This document shows positions 38,957-51,205 of a stretch of 64,000 nucleotides of DNA, one piece after another. The position numbers were made by a program, and so were the translations under genes. Each line of letters begins with the position of its first letter. Position 1 is the stretch's first letter. The stretch comes from Octopus bimaculoides (lineage: Eukaryota), in assembly GCF_001194135.2 (NCBI RefSeq), contig NC_068983.1:63996094-64060093 (forward strand). Direction: 5' to 3'. The notes under the pieces are model-generated. The model searched no databases. It saw only the letters and a program-made list of their open reading frames with translations, and had not been told where the DNA came from.

Positions 38957-39015
38957 ATTCCAGATCCTGGATGTCTGGCTTTGCATAAATAATGCTTTGC
39001 CTTCATCGGTGGAAT
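38957..39015 (-). ncRNA. Second copy of the same hammerhead with two core mutations (CCGAUGA, GACA); probably inactive
   Basis: ATTCCA-CCGATGA-A-GGC(AAAGCATTATTTATGCAAA)GCC-A-GACA-TCCAGGA-TC-TGGAAT. Confidence 0.65.
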
Positions 39016-41468
39016 ATACTCAGGCACATAAATACAAATACATGTATATAAACAGCATACTTACATACATATGTGTGTATACGTCCGTATATGTAAGTAT
39101 TCTGCTTATATATATATATATATAATTTTATATATAAATATANNNNNNNNNNNNNNNNNNNNNNNNNNNNNNNNNNNNNNNNNNNNNNNNNNNNNNNNNN
39201 NNNNNNNNNNNNNNNNNNNNNNNNNNNNNNNNNNNNNNNNNNNNNNNNNNNNNNNNNNNNNNNNNNNNNNNNNNNNNNNNNNNNNNNNNNNNNNNNNNNN
39301 NNNNNNNNNNNNNNNNNNNNNNNNNNNNNNNNNNNNNNNNNNNNNNNNNNNNNNNNNNNNNNNNNNNNNNNNNNNNNNNNNNNNNNNNNNNNNNNNNNNN
39401 NNNNNNNNNNNNNNNNNNNNNNNNNNNNNNNNNNNNNNNNNNNNNNNNNNNNNNNNNNNNNNNNNNNNNNNNNNNNNNNNNNNNNNNNNNNNNNNNNNNN
39501 NNNNNNNNNNNNNNNNNNNNNNNNNNNNNNNNNNNNNNNNNNNNNNNNNNNNNNNNNNNNNNNNNNNNNNNNNNNNNNNNNNNNNNNNNNNNNNNNNNNN
39601 NNTATATATATAATAATAATAATATAGATTTAATCAAAAGATTAAATGTGGTACTTAAAATGTTTGAGGCACCAGAATTTGGTAGGGTAAAAACCAAAAA
39701 CAAAATCAAGAGATTTGGTGAATAAAATTTGAAGAAAAGCAACACAAATTCAATAGGTTATAGCAGTACCTACGTTTTGTACAAACTTCATTTATTCATG
39801 TAGTGAGAACACTACATAAAATGTACAATGAAAATGTACTCCTCAGCTGCATGATGGAAAGTCATTTTGTAGATGTGTGCAAAAAACAAGAGTAAGAGAA
39901 GAAAAAAATACCATCTTGACTGGGTTGCCATTCAACAGCCTAGTGAATCAAACAAGAATTTAATTACTATATAAACTAATTTTGATAACCAATTATGATT
40001 TCTAAAATATTAAAGAAGTCAATGAGCATTATGTTTGCACTCATGATTGCAACTTTAGTTAGGGATACCTTGAATAAAATATCTAAGTCCGATTCTATGA
40101 TGGCTGCTTCGTATTTTTGGGCTGAAGAAAGCAAGATTCCTGAAAATGATTGTATACTTGTATCGGTCTAATTCACAATGGAAATTATTGAAAAAGAACT
40201 TCTTTTTTATGGCTACTGTGATAATTAAAGAAAATGAGACTATTTCAACCGACACCTAATACAAGGGCATGGACTCGATACTTTGGTTTCAGACATTTTC
40301 ACCCATCCTATATCAAAAGAAATATTAGAAATATCACAGTAAAGTTGACAAGACTTATAATGTCAATAGTTACGATTTCAAGTAGAAGTGGGTGGGAAAA
40401 AAACAAGCCAACCAAAAATATTACTTCAAAAACAAAAACAACCGATAAACAAAGTAAATATTGTTATAAATAAGACAACAGAAATTCCAGACACTGAATT
40501 ACGAAAAAATCTTCACAATGAGAGTTAAGACAAAATCATAAATATTCTTTTAGTAGACATCCGTAATCTCAGAAATGTTGCGGCTGCATAATGTATTTGC
40601 AAAAAGCAAGTGGGAGATAAAGTGTGCAACACAGAGTTTATTCATGCTCGCGAAGCAGACGTTGTCTCATGGTAGGTACTCAGAGTCTATTGTCTAGAGA
40701 ACTCATTCATGCTCATACATACATACGTACATACATAATACATACATATATACATACATACATAGAAAGACACGTATGCATACATACATGTATGCATATA
40801 TACATAAATAATACTGATGTATGTGTGTGTGAATGTTTGCATGGAGGCATGTATGTATGTATCAGTTCATGTGTAGAAGTAGAGACGAGGAGTGAGTATA
40901 TGAGTATATACAAATACGTAAACATATATATATATAAATATATATATTTGCCGGGTGAAAGAGAGAGATAGCGAGATAGTCTAAGCCTGTGTAAGAGCGC
41001 GTTTGAGAAAATATACGAGATAAAGGTAATCTATAACATATTATATCAATAAATATCTTTTACTTTATTCGAATTTCAATTTCAATTTGTCTTTTATAAT
41101 TTATATATTTGAATAGCTTTAGATTATATTGGCCAAGAGATACCTTTCATTTGGCAATATTACAGTTTTCTTTCAGTTCGAAATAACAAAACGAATAAAA
41201 AAGAAGAGAAAGAAATCTTGTTGAAAAGCGAAAAGCAACAACAAAAAAGAAAAGATCATACACTCTATGAGAAATATTACACCAACACCAAAAACCAATA
41301 TAGGACAATACCTTTGGAAAAGATTAGATAACAAACAGATAAACAATTTCTTGTACAATAAATGTGCTGAGAATTAATAGTGATGTCGGAGTGTACTTAT
41401 GCCTGAGAGAAACATTAAAACTTTAATGAAGAGTTCTGTTAGCTTGAAATATATCGGATGTTATGATA

Positions 41469-41470
<2 letters not shown>

Positions 41471-41521
<51 letters not shown>

Positions 41522-41636
41522 ATAATATTATTATTACTGCTGCTACTACTATTACTGCTGCCGCTGCTGCTGCCGCTGCTGCTGCCGCTGCTGCTGCCGC
41601 TGCTGCTTACTATGATGGTGTTGATGATAGTGTTGT

Positions 41637-41695
<59 letters not shown>
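41471..41695. repeat. Compound (CTA)n-(ATT)-(CTG/CCG)-(ATG)n trinucleotide array
   Basis: Seen directly; explains the poly-L/poly-M ORF. Confidence 0.95.
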
Positions 41696-41705
41696 GTGTT
41701 GATGG

Positions 41706-41919
41706 TTTCATATTTTGGCATTAGGCCAACAATTTCGGGCGATGGAATAAGTCGGTTAGATTGACCAATATTTTCAAACTGGTACTCATTTTATCGACCC
41801 CGAAAAGAAGAAAGACCAAATCGACTTCGGCGGAATTTGAATTCAATACACAAAATGGGACGAAATGCTGCTAAGCTTTTTGCCATGCATGTAAACAATT
41901 CTGCCAGCACGCCACCTCC
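41706..41919 (-). mobile_element. SINE-like family B copy
   Basis: AACTGGTACTCATTTTATCGACCCCGAAAAG...CGGCGGAATTTGAATTCA...AATTCTGCCAGCACGCCACC. Confidence 0.85.
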
Positions 41920-41920
41920 A

Positions 41921-41966
<46 letters not shown>

Positions 41967-42007
41967 GATCGTGATGACGATGGTAACGATCATCATCATC
42001 ATCATCA

Positions 42008-42920
42008 TTTCTTTTATTCGCCTCAGGCGCATAGATAAGGGCGATATGCAAAAGAGAGACGATTGAAATGGAGCTTAATTAACAAATGAAGTGAAAGAAA
42101 GCAAAAATTCATTCGGTGAAATGAGGTAAAAACATACATTGAATACAAACTGTGAGTACATGAAGGAGGCAGACTTACTGACACAGGAGAACCCCCAAGA
42201 AGGGCCAATCAAGAGACCCTACAGATCCAGGATTACATTTACCACCAAAGCACGATTCCAAGCCCAACTGTTTTTCTTCAATCTGCTGGCGCATGTTTAA
42301 AGCAAGTTCACTAACCCTAACCGTTTTTACCGCAGTCAGCTAGTTATTGCAGATTCACTGTGAGATAGTGCTTCTCTCTTCTTCTTCACTTTCTCTTCCA
42401 TGCGGAGCTAAAACACGTCGATGCGGCCTGCTGAAAAAAATGTTTTTGGGGGCTTGACTAAAGACATGAGTGATTTTCCTCAATTCTTTCAGCCTCATCC
42501 AGCAGATAACCCCTGTGACCATAGCCTCTGAACAAAAGAACACTGCCTGCGTTTTTGAAGGTGGACGGTAGGGCGATTTGTACTCTAGACCTGGCCAATA
42601 GTCTGATTGGTCCTACACGCGACAAAAGCTTTCTGAAAATAACTCTACATATCAGTAATTCTCGAAGATTTCGGGAGTGCTTGAATGCATGCACAACGGT
42701 TTCGTCTCTCTGTGTGCGTCTCGAACAGTTCCGCATCCAGTGCTTCCGTGCTTATGGAGTTAATATCGAACCAGTAGTTCTCCTCAGTAGCACTGCAAAG
42801 TTGGGGATTTCTGAAAGTTAACCAATGTAGCTCTAAGTCCGAAAGTTCTCCGAAGCAGACTAGCTAGTACATATTCATCGACGATTACAGCGTCTCCGAG
42901 CATATCATCGTTGTTACCTA
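42008..42920 (-). mobile_element. Tx1/L1-clade LINE 3' fragment (zf-RVT region and 3' UTR)
   Basis: DETVVHAF...LLSRVGPIRL...IALPSTFK...ICWMRLKEL resembles the Tx1 C-terminus; the 3' end GCCTGAGGCGAATAAAAGAAATG is followed by (ATG)n. Confidence 0.6.
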
Positions 42921-42964
42921 GCACTAGATTCCAATATATTGCAAACATAGAATTTCACGGCCCG

Positions 42965-43500
42965 TATTGCATGCGGGTAGAGCAACCTCAGTTACATTAT
43001 GGTGGGGATATAAAAGTTTAATCAAAGTAGCCGACCTCAGCTTCCAACCTGCTCCGGAACCTCGTTCCTCGCCGTGTCCATGGGAAAATCCTTGAATACC
43101 TCTTTGATTTTGGCCACCAACATGACTTTGGCATCGCTGGCAGAGAGGGGTGCAATGTTCCTCAGCCGCGCTCCACACATAATAACCTATGGGATTAGAA
43201 TCAAGGGAAGATGGACGCCACAAACTGCAGATGCTTAAGTTGTAGACTCTTTCCGGAGATATGGCAAGGAGAAGAAACTTGCAGACACAAACATAGTAAT
43301 TATCAGCAGCAACCCTCTCCAGCCAGCGATTGACCACATTTTTCATCAGCTTCACGTAGCCGTCTGAAATGCGCCTACGGTACTGTTCAAAGCGGTGAGG
43401 GTGAATTCCGGCTCGCGGAGACAGTCAGAACGCTTACTGCGTTCCTACTTGCCACAGCTTCGTGGCCTTCAGCAGTTATCATGTCGGGATTTTGACACCC
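42965..43500 (-). mobile_element. Decayed Tc1/mariner fragment, DD37D/maT-like
   Basis: GYVKLMKNVVNRWLERVAA...SPCHISGKS...WRPSSLDSNPIGYYVWSAAE matches the WPP.SPDLNP.DY.VW motif; frameshifted. Confidence 0.7.
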
Positions 43501-43502
43501 AG

Positions 43503-43586
<84 letters not shown>

Positions 43587-44499
43587 GGAATAGACGACAT
43601 TCTTTGTATATCACTACAATTGTTTCGACACATTGTTACACCCATTGTACATTTCCAAGATGTTTTGTAATAATGANNNNNNNNNNNNNNNNNNNNNNNN
43701 NNNNNNNNNNNNNNNNNNNNNNNNNNNNNNNNNNNNNNNNNNNNNNNNNNNNNNNNNNNNNNNNNNNNNNNNNNNNNNNNNNNNNNNNNNNNNNNNNNNN
43801 NNNNNNNNNNNNNNNNNNNNNNNNNNNNNNNNNNNNNNNNNNNNNNNNNNNNNNNNNNNNNNNNNNNNNNNNNNNNNNNNNNNNNNNNNNNNNNNNNNNN
43901 NNNNNNNNNNNNNNNNNNNNNNNNNNNNNNNNNNNNNNNNNNNNNNNNNNNNNNNNNNNNNNNNNNNNNNNNNNNNNNNNNNNNNNNNNNNNNNNNNNNN
44001 NNNNNNNNNNNNNNNNNNNNNNNNNNNNNNNNNNNNNNNNNNNNNNNNNNNNNNNNNNNNNNNNNNNNNNNNNNNNNNNNNNNNNNNNNNNNNNNNNNNN
44101 NNNNNNNNNNNNNNNNNNNNNNNNNNNNNNNNNNNNNNNNNNNNNNNNNNNNNNNNNNNNNNNNNNNNNNNNNNNNNNNNNNNNNNNNNNNNNNNNNNNN
44201 NNNNNNNNNNNNNNNNNTATATATATATGTGTGTTTAGGAAAAATAGAAGTTGAAAATGTATTGAGAATAGTTCAAATATTTCTTATTATATTTAAAGAT
44301 TTAACCGGTTTTCCACTTTACACTGATTTTTAAAAGCTGAAATAGAAATGTCGCAATTGTTTTGCTTCTGACTAGTGTTTGAAGCTTGTCCTAATTGTAT
44401 AAGGAGTTCATGTCTCAAATTACTTTATGTTTTGAACAGAACTTCATTATCAGAGGATAGTCACATGAATGGTCATAAAGATAAGCTTCACTGTAAGTT

Positions 44500-45170
44500 T
44501 TCATTAAGTTAAATGGCTACGAAGTAATCTTTTAATCCGAGGGTAGATGGCGGTTGTCTAGTTGAAGTGCGCTTTTCATTTGACAACCCTGAACTCTGGT
44601 AGTGATTTGCAGAGTGTTGACAGAATGATCTTAGCGATGATCTTATATTTCCAGTTCGTATTTGACGAACTACCAAAATAATGTGGGTACACGGAACGCA
44701 AATCGAAGGTGTGTAGTCACTATGACCATTTAGAGAAGATACAGAAGACATCTATTAGTGGTCAACTCCTTTCCATATGCGGTGGTATGTTTGCAATACA
44801 AAATTTGAGCATCAATGCAAGAGCTACTCGATTTTACTCTTTGAAGATTGATACTTCTAATGAATTTCTATATTTACAGTCCTCGAAGTACATGTATATA
44901 GCGGTTTCATCGAGCAGTAAGCATGAAATCTTTTGCATGGTTGTATTCTGAAATGCGTATTTCGGAACATCCCGTTGTATAGATCATTGCACCGTGTCTT
45001 CTCTCCAATGTTTCACATTAGTACTGCGCGTTAAGGTGTGGCCATCAACTATTGTCAGAGGCGAGAAAGTGAGCTGCATTACCGACTATATTGTATAATT
45101 CTCCTCTTTTATCTGATGGTAAGTATTCATTACTCTTGATATAGATGGGCATGTCCTTTTCCAAGATGAG
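44500..45170 (-). pseudogene. Possible highly decayed pogo-like DDE transposase
   Basis: Weak motif order across frames: HFLASD / LDETAIY / SALQLD..GLKDYF, compared with FKAS.GW / MDET..Y / LQPLD..N.PFK; many stops. Confidence 0.2.
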
Positions 45171-45547
45171 TATGAGTATTGTGACACTGGCTTGTGGTTA
45201 ATTCTTGTGCACAACCTCTGTGACTGACGGAATCCCTTACATACTACTCACCGTATAACCAGGTTGCATGATATACACCAAAGCCTCAAATCTCAAGCGT
45301 CAGCAACTGTCTGGATGACAGCAAGGAGAAAGGTGATAAATGAATAATCGGGATAACTATTGGATAGCATGCTAATGTATGAAATATTACAGCAGGGGAA
45401 AAAACAATAAATCTTAACTGTCACGAAAGACTTTATGCTTATCCTAAAGCCGATATTGCTTTCTGGTTTACATATATGCATAAATACGTACCAACAGGCA
45501 TGCAAGCACACACATACACAACACATATATGTAACTCTATGTATCGT

Positions 45548-45587
<40 letters not shown>

Positions 45588-45634
45588 TGTGTGTGTGTGT
45601 GTGTATGCCCACACACTCGCGCATGCACACGCAT

Positions 45635-45674
<40 letters not shown>

Positions 45675-46328
45675 ATATACAAACATAGCAAGCGCACAAA
45701 TATATGTATATTGCTTCAAACACGGATGCAAGAAATTACTCAATCTAATGTTCTCTCGAGGCAGCAACCGAAAAAAGTAAAAGAGAAAATAACATTACAG
45801 CAATAAAAACATAGACGATCGTAACAACAACAACAACAACAATAACAACAATAGCAGTAGCAGAGGCAGCAAGAGCAACAAAAGCAACAATAAATTCATC
45901 TGACTTCACTTATCAAATCACCAATTTGCAATAACAAAATACTACATCTTCAACAATAGCATAAGACAGACAAAATTCCGAAACAAATGCTGCAGCACCT
46001 AACAGAAACTAAAGAACATCCAAAGCAACAATAAAGAAAGCAGTACACATCTTATCGATCACAAGACAGCAAGTAAGCATCCGCGTAATGCTCATCTTGC
46101 TAGAAATAGTAATGACATAACTCTTGAGTCATAACTTGTTTGAAAGTCGGAGGAACACATTTGATAAAACTCTCATGTAAATGTTAGGTGAGATAGCTCT
46201 ATGGTAAGAAGTTTACTTCCCTACCACATGTTTCCAGGTTCAGTCCGACTGTGTGGTGCATTGGGCAAGTGTCTCCTACTACAGCCTTGTGAGTGAAATT
46301 GTCGGACGGAAACTGAAAGAGGCCCGTC

Positions 46329-46340
<12 letters not shown>

Positions 46341-46362
<22 letters not shown>

Positions 46363-46540
46363 GGAATTAAAAAAAAATAAAGACAAAGACAGGTGTGTAA
46401 AGAAACAACAAACAGGTGTATAAGTTTAACGCTCGGGAAGGTGAGAAGTCTTTTACGTTACGAGCCTATGCTCTTCAACAGAAAGGAACACGAGAAAATA
46501 AACAGAAACAGAATACAAAACGGAGAGAGAATAAAATAAC
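46341..46540 (-). mobile_element. ~200-bp insertion inside the SINE microsatellite; Penelope-like terminal fragment (inferred)
   Basis: Absent from the family-C copy at 62740; contains an HHR-like motif. Confidence 0.5.
46450..46485 (-). ncRNA. Degenerate minimal hammerhead-like motif
   Basis: CTTT-CTGTTGA-A-GAGC ATAG GCTC-GTAA-CG-TA-AAAG: all helices pair and helix III is the palindrome ACGT, but two core positions deviate (A6>U, A13>U). Confidence 0.4.
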
Positions 46541-47056
46541 GTGGTCAATGTATGTGTGTGTGTATGTATGTATGTATGTGCGTGTTTTTGTGTTTGTGTT
46601 TGTATGAGTGTCCTTCTGGCTGTGTTCGCCACCCACCAAGGCTTGACAACCTGCGTTGGTGTGTTTACATCCCCGTAATTAGTAGCTTGGGAAAGATGTC
46701 CGGTAGAATATGTACCGGGCTTAGAAAAAAAAAAGTGGTGGAGGTTGATTCATTCGACTAAAACTTTTTCAAGGTGGTGCCCTTGATGACTGATAGAAGT
46801 AGAAGATAGGAGATAGATAAACATTAGAAAGAAAAATGAGTGCTGGAATGACTTTAATAATATATTTTCTTGTACTTCTTTTAACTGCATGTGAAGTTAC
46901 TTTTAATGACGAAAACAACAACGTTAACATCAGCTTTAATAACAACTGTAGCATTAATAAAATAGAAACAGCAATAAGAACAAGAACAACGCTGCTACAT
47001 TGATCATAATATACTCATGGTGGAAGTACTAACAAATTAGTTGTAGCAACCAAATA

Positions 47057-47879
47057 TATTGGATCATCCAATAAATAATGCGTTTTTTTCAATTGCATGA
47101 ACTAACGTCGGAGCGGGGCGGGATAAACTACCTGCATCAACTTACAATAAAAGCAGGTACTAATGTTAGCTTTTCATTATTATTAGTGTAAGTTTTGAAG
47201 ATGCAGTTCGATTTCAACTGTTATGTTTCCAAAGCAATTATATAAGTGGCAAAGGAACACATTCTGAATATTTTTCTTTATGAGTTCAATAAAAGCAACA
47301 ACGCAACGGTAAGTGCGAGGAATTTTAATGCAGTGTATAGGGATCGGACAATAAGTGTAAGCCAGTGTCAAAGGTAGTTCCAGAAATTCCGAGCCGGAAA
47401 CTACAGCCTAGAAGACGAGCCTCGTCCAGGAAGATATGTAGAGCACGACAAGAACGTCCTGCAAACCCTATTGGAATAAACTCCCATCGTAACTGTTGAT
47501 TATCCATCAGGATAATGCTCGGCCACATACAGTGAGTATGTTATCTAAAGACAGGAGCGGCTTGAATGGGAAATAATGCCCCACCCACCATATTCGCCGG
47601 ACATTGCCCCATCTGATTGTCATTTATTCCGCAGTCGTCAAAATCATTTGGACGGAAAAAATACGAATTCTGTAGACATGGTCAGAACAGTATTGGAGGA
47701 GTATTTTTCGTTACGAACAAGTGAGTTTTGGAAGAGAGGCTTTGCAAGTCTAACAGATAGATAGAAAAGCATTGTAGAAAATAAAGGAGAACATATTTTA
47801 TATTAAAAAAAAAACTTTAACCTAATTTTGAAAATTCAAAGAAGTATAAAACCCGCATTATTTATGGGATGACCCAATA
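47057..47879 (+). mobile_element. Internally deleted mariner element (823 bp)
   Basis: TIRs TATTGGATCATCCAATAAATAATGCG / TATTGGGTCATCCCATAAATAATGCG; HTH region (QKFRAGNYSLEDEPRPGR) joined at ~47495 to HQDNARPH...PHPPYSPDIAPSDCHLFRS. Confidence 0.92.
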
Positions 47880-49189
47880 TTTCAACTTACAAAATAATAG
47901 AGGAAGGACATATTCGAAGATATGTTGTTCAGGAATGGGCTGCCTTTTATTACAATTCTATTGGGATCAAGTCACAGCAATAACAATAAAAATAAATGCA
48001 GAGCTGAGACGGCACATAATGTATTATATTTGTAGATAGACTATCCATCGTATCCAGTTCGTGGAATTGATACTGATCGACCTCCTGCAGGACCACGACC
48101 ATACATAATACGGGGCTAAACTACAAAGACCAGTAGAAGAGACGTATTTATAACGATGCAACTAAATAAATAAACCTTATCTACCCCTCTCGTTGTAAAC
48201 ATGACCACCACAGCATCTAATATGTTTACTACATTGATAATATTTACTTGAGTATGTACAGCAATTGATCGAACTGATACTGCTCCTCCGGTTTTGGCTC
48301 CATGCAACTTAAAGGTTCCTGGGATCGTGAAACGAACCTAACTTGTCAGGCAAAGATAAACGAACGGAGTAAAGTGGAAGATTATTTTTGGAGATTGTAC
48401 TGATATTGGTCAAGACAGGTCGCATGGTGTTAGTGATATTGATAACGATATGGTAGTGATATTACATGCATATACCAATCTATATTTCTCAAAATGCACA
48501 CATGGAAATGATGTTGGTGGTGTCTCTGTTTGTGGGGTGGACTGAGAATACTCAGCGACACCAGTACACCGGAGTACGATTATATTTACTTGCCGCATGA
48601 GTGAATTAGTGTGTGTATCTTCAGCCTTTGCGTGTGTATCTGGTCTATGTGTGTGTGTACGTGTACGCGCGCGCGAGTTAATGCTAGTGCGTGTGTTCGT
48701 GTATGATTGCGTGTAGGTATCTGGTGCGTATGGGTGCAAAATTGGTGCGTGTGTGTATCAGCTGTGTGTGATTGTATAGGTGTAAGTATGCGCGAGCGTT
48801 TGTATATGTCGTATGTGTATGTCTGCGCGTGTGTCTGGTATGCACGTATATGTCTATATGAAAACATCTGGTATTTGTGCATATGCTTATTTCTGTATTT
48901 GTTTGTTTGTTTGTGTGTGTGTTTGTGTGATTACGTCCCCGTAAGAATGGTTGTGTGTATGTTTAAATGTGGTGCAGCTGTATTTGGATGCCCCTAATAT
49001 TCGTATGCACGAGTATGTTTGGCACAAGGACGTGTACTCTAGTGAGCTCTGGTGTGTGAGTAAGTGTATGTATACTAATGTGCTGGTATGCTGTGCTAGC
49101 ACGCAGTTGCACCATCATGATTTAGAGACTAACCCGATTTGTTACTGGATTACGATTAGGTGGTGTTATCATAAGACAGGAAAGGATAT

Positions 49190-49245
<56 letters not shown>

Positions 49246-49739
49246 TAAGACAAACATGAAAAATTACTGAAAATATGTAAGTCTGGAAGGTCTAAATACA
49301 TGTCTGTTGTCTGTAGGCAGTGGGTCAGTACCATGCTCTTGCTTACGTGGAAAAGGCAAGCCTAAAGAGGTATAAATGTACTGTCAGCGACCAGTGACTT
49401 GAAGTACACGTGGAGGCATACATCCGTTGGCAATAATAAAAAGTTAATTCTTCAAGTTGTTGGTTACAGCAACTTGGCTGAAAATATAAAGATTCTCGCG
49501 GAAGAAGAGTGAGCATTTGCGGGCTCCGGATGAATTAGGTGGGACCTTGTCAATACTGAATTTCATGTTCAAGTAGTCATTCCTGAGATCGCAAAGTCTC
49601 CATATAAAGTGGAACGGGGAGATAGAACTTACCCTATTCTTAAAATAAAGGGAGTGCAAATGCTATGTGCACCATTCAGTAACACCTTTGGCCATCATAC
49701 CTGTGTACTGCTTTGTGATGCTATTGGAAATGCGTGAGG

Positions 49740-50520
49740 GTGGTCTAGGGCAGACGGTGGGGTTTCCTAAGTTACAAGATGGGATAGGAGGCTGCGTAAG
49801 TGTGTGTGCATGAGCCTATTGCCTGAGTAGAGTAATTAACCTTAACATTGTGTTGTCTGAAAGTTTGATAGTAATTATACCCCACCCCATCTTAAGATGA
49901 TGCATTTTGGTCAATGACAGGAAGCCCATGGCTGATCTGTTTGAAACTACTAGGTTAGGTGGAGGGTTGACTCGAAACATATTTCTCTTTATGGTTCTCT
50001 TTGTGTGTTGAGGTGGAAGGGAGGATGGGAAGTCCTCCATATATGTTAATTCTCAATGAGTACACTCCTCACCAATGCAACGTTGCAGATGGGGATTCCT
50101 TTGTTGAAGATCTCTTTGTCTGCTGCAAGTTTAGAAATTCTCCTACTGATGCTTCTAATTACTGCGGCAGCTGGTGGCTAGTGTCTGTAGACTTACAGTT
50201 TTCCCGCTGGGCTTCCTGCAAGGGTAGCATTTGCCAATTTTCAGGTATAATGATACGTATATGAAGTGGGCTATTGACAAGTTTGTGGTAACAGTTCTGG
50301 ATATGCTGAATTCTTTGAAGACCACTATCCAATTGACACAGAACGCTTGATATCAGAACGCTCCAAGTTAAACGCGGTCTCGCGTGGCACGACAAGATGC
50401 TTTATACCAAAATGTTCATGAGGGCTGGGGTATAGAGCGTCGAGGTCTTCATCCTTCGTCGTCTTCTCCGCAGGACTGGGCATATAAGTCAGATGTTGGG
50501 TAAACAATACGGTCCTCTTC
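49740..50520 (-). mobile_element. Penelope-like element, decayed RT/thumb coding fragment
   Basis: DLDALYPS; VFKEFSISRTVTTNLSIAHF..VSL.LKIGKCYPCRKP; AVIRSISRRISKLAADKEIFNK; KRTIKRNMFRVNPP match the PLE pattern FD...YPSI / NFLDV.LNL..G.Y.PYRKP / HPP..I...I.RRIS / R.IIWFNPP. Confidence 0.75.
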
Positions 50521-51173
50521 ATCGAGATTGAGACTCCAGGTAACCATCATGGAAATCCGAACGATTCGCCGTTTCTATGGTGTCCTTCCTAGTCGGTTGA
50601 TAAGCAATGTGCAAGTGGTGGAGGTGGATGAATGTTCTGATTCGACCCTGTCATCACATTTGATGAGCCGTCATCGGAAGCTGCGATTTTTCGTCCGGGA
50701 AAACCCCCTTTAAAGACGTATAGTAATTAGTATGTTATACCCACTTGACGCTATCGCATAGAAGTATCTTTTCTATCATTTAGAGAATTCATTCTATGCT
50801 CCACACCAATTCTATTACTACTTTTCGTTTCTATTTCTGCTGATATCACCATAAGCTGCTTAATGTTTCCTGGATAATATTGAACTTGAAGTGTGTGAAA
50901 TATCTATCTCAAAGTGGATGCTGAAGTTCTTTAGCTATTAGATTTAAGCTTTCCACTCCCATGAAAATATATACTTTACTGTCGTCCAAGTCTCGAGTCT
51001 TAAAGAACTATTTCGATCGACCTTGTCTGAAGTTTAATCACTCCTATCTGGTTTCGACACGACTGAAAGAATGTAACTTTTACTCTTTGTACTGCATCCC
51101 CGTGAGAACAGTTCCTTCAGATTATGTGTCAAACATTATAAATATCTTTGTAAGAGAATATACATATAAGTGG

Positions 51174-51205
<32 letters not shown>

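Larger units (their letters stand above)
38262..39067 (-). mobile_element. Retrozyme-like / pseudo-LTR tandem: two ~340-bp direct repeats plus a 123-bp spacer, one HHR per repeat
   Basis: 38262-38601 and 38725-39067 differ by about 9 substitutions and one 3-bp indel (counted by eye); (TA)-rich sequence and gaps on both sides. Confidence 0.75.
46187..46800 (+). mobile_element. SINE family C, interrupted in its internal (TA)n/(TG)n tract
   Basis: Head GGTAAGAAGTTTAC...GGTTCAGTCC...GGGCAAGTGTC...GGAAACTGAAAGAGGCCCGTCG(TA)n; second half GCTTGACAACC...GTGTTTACATCCCCGTAA. Confidence 0.8.

Noticed and set aside
45252-45310. Minus-strand 59-nt segment with a good acceptor (TCATCCAG) and donor (ACG|GTGAGT)
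   Set aside because: Stops occur in all three frames; it could only be a UTR or start exon and nothing else supports it.
50640-50700. TGATGA motifs upstream of the Penelope-like RT
   Set aside because: C3 is missing and the GAAA strand is imperfect on both strands; no complete fold.
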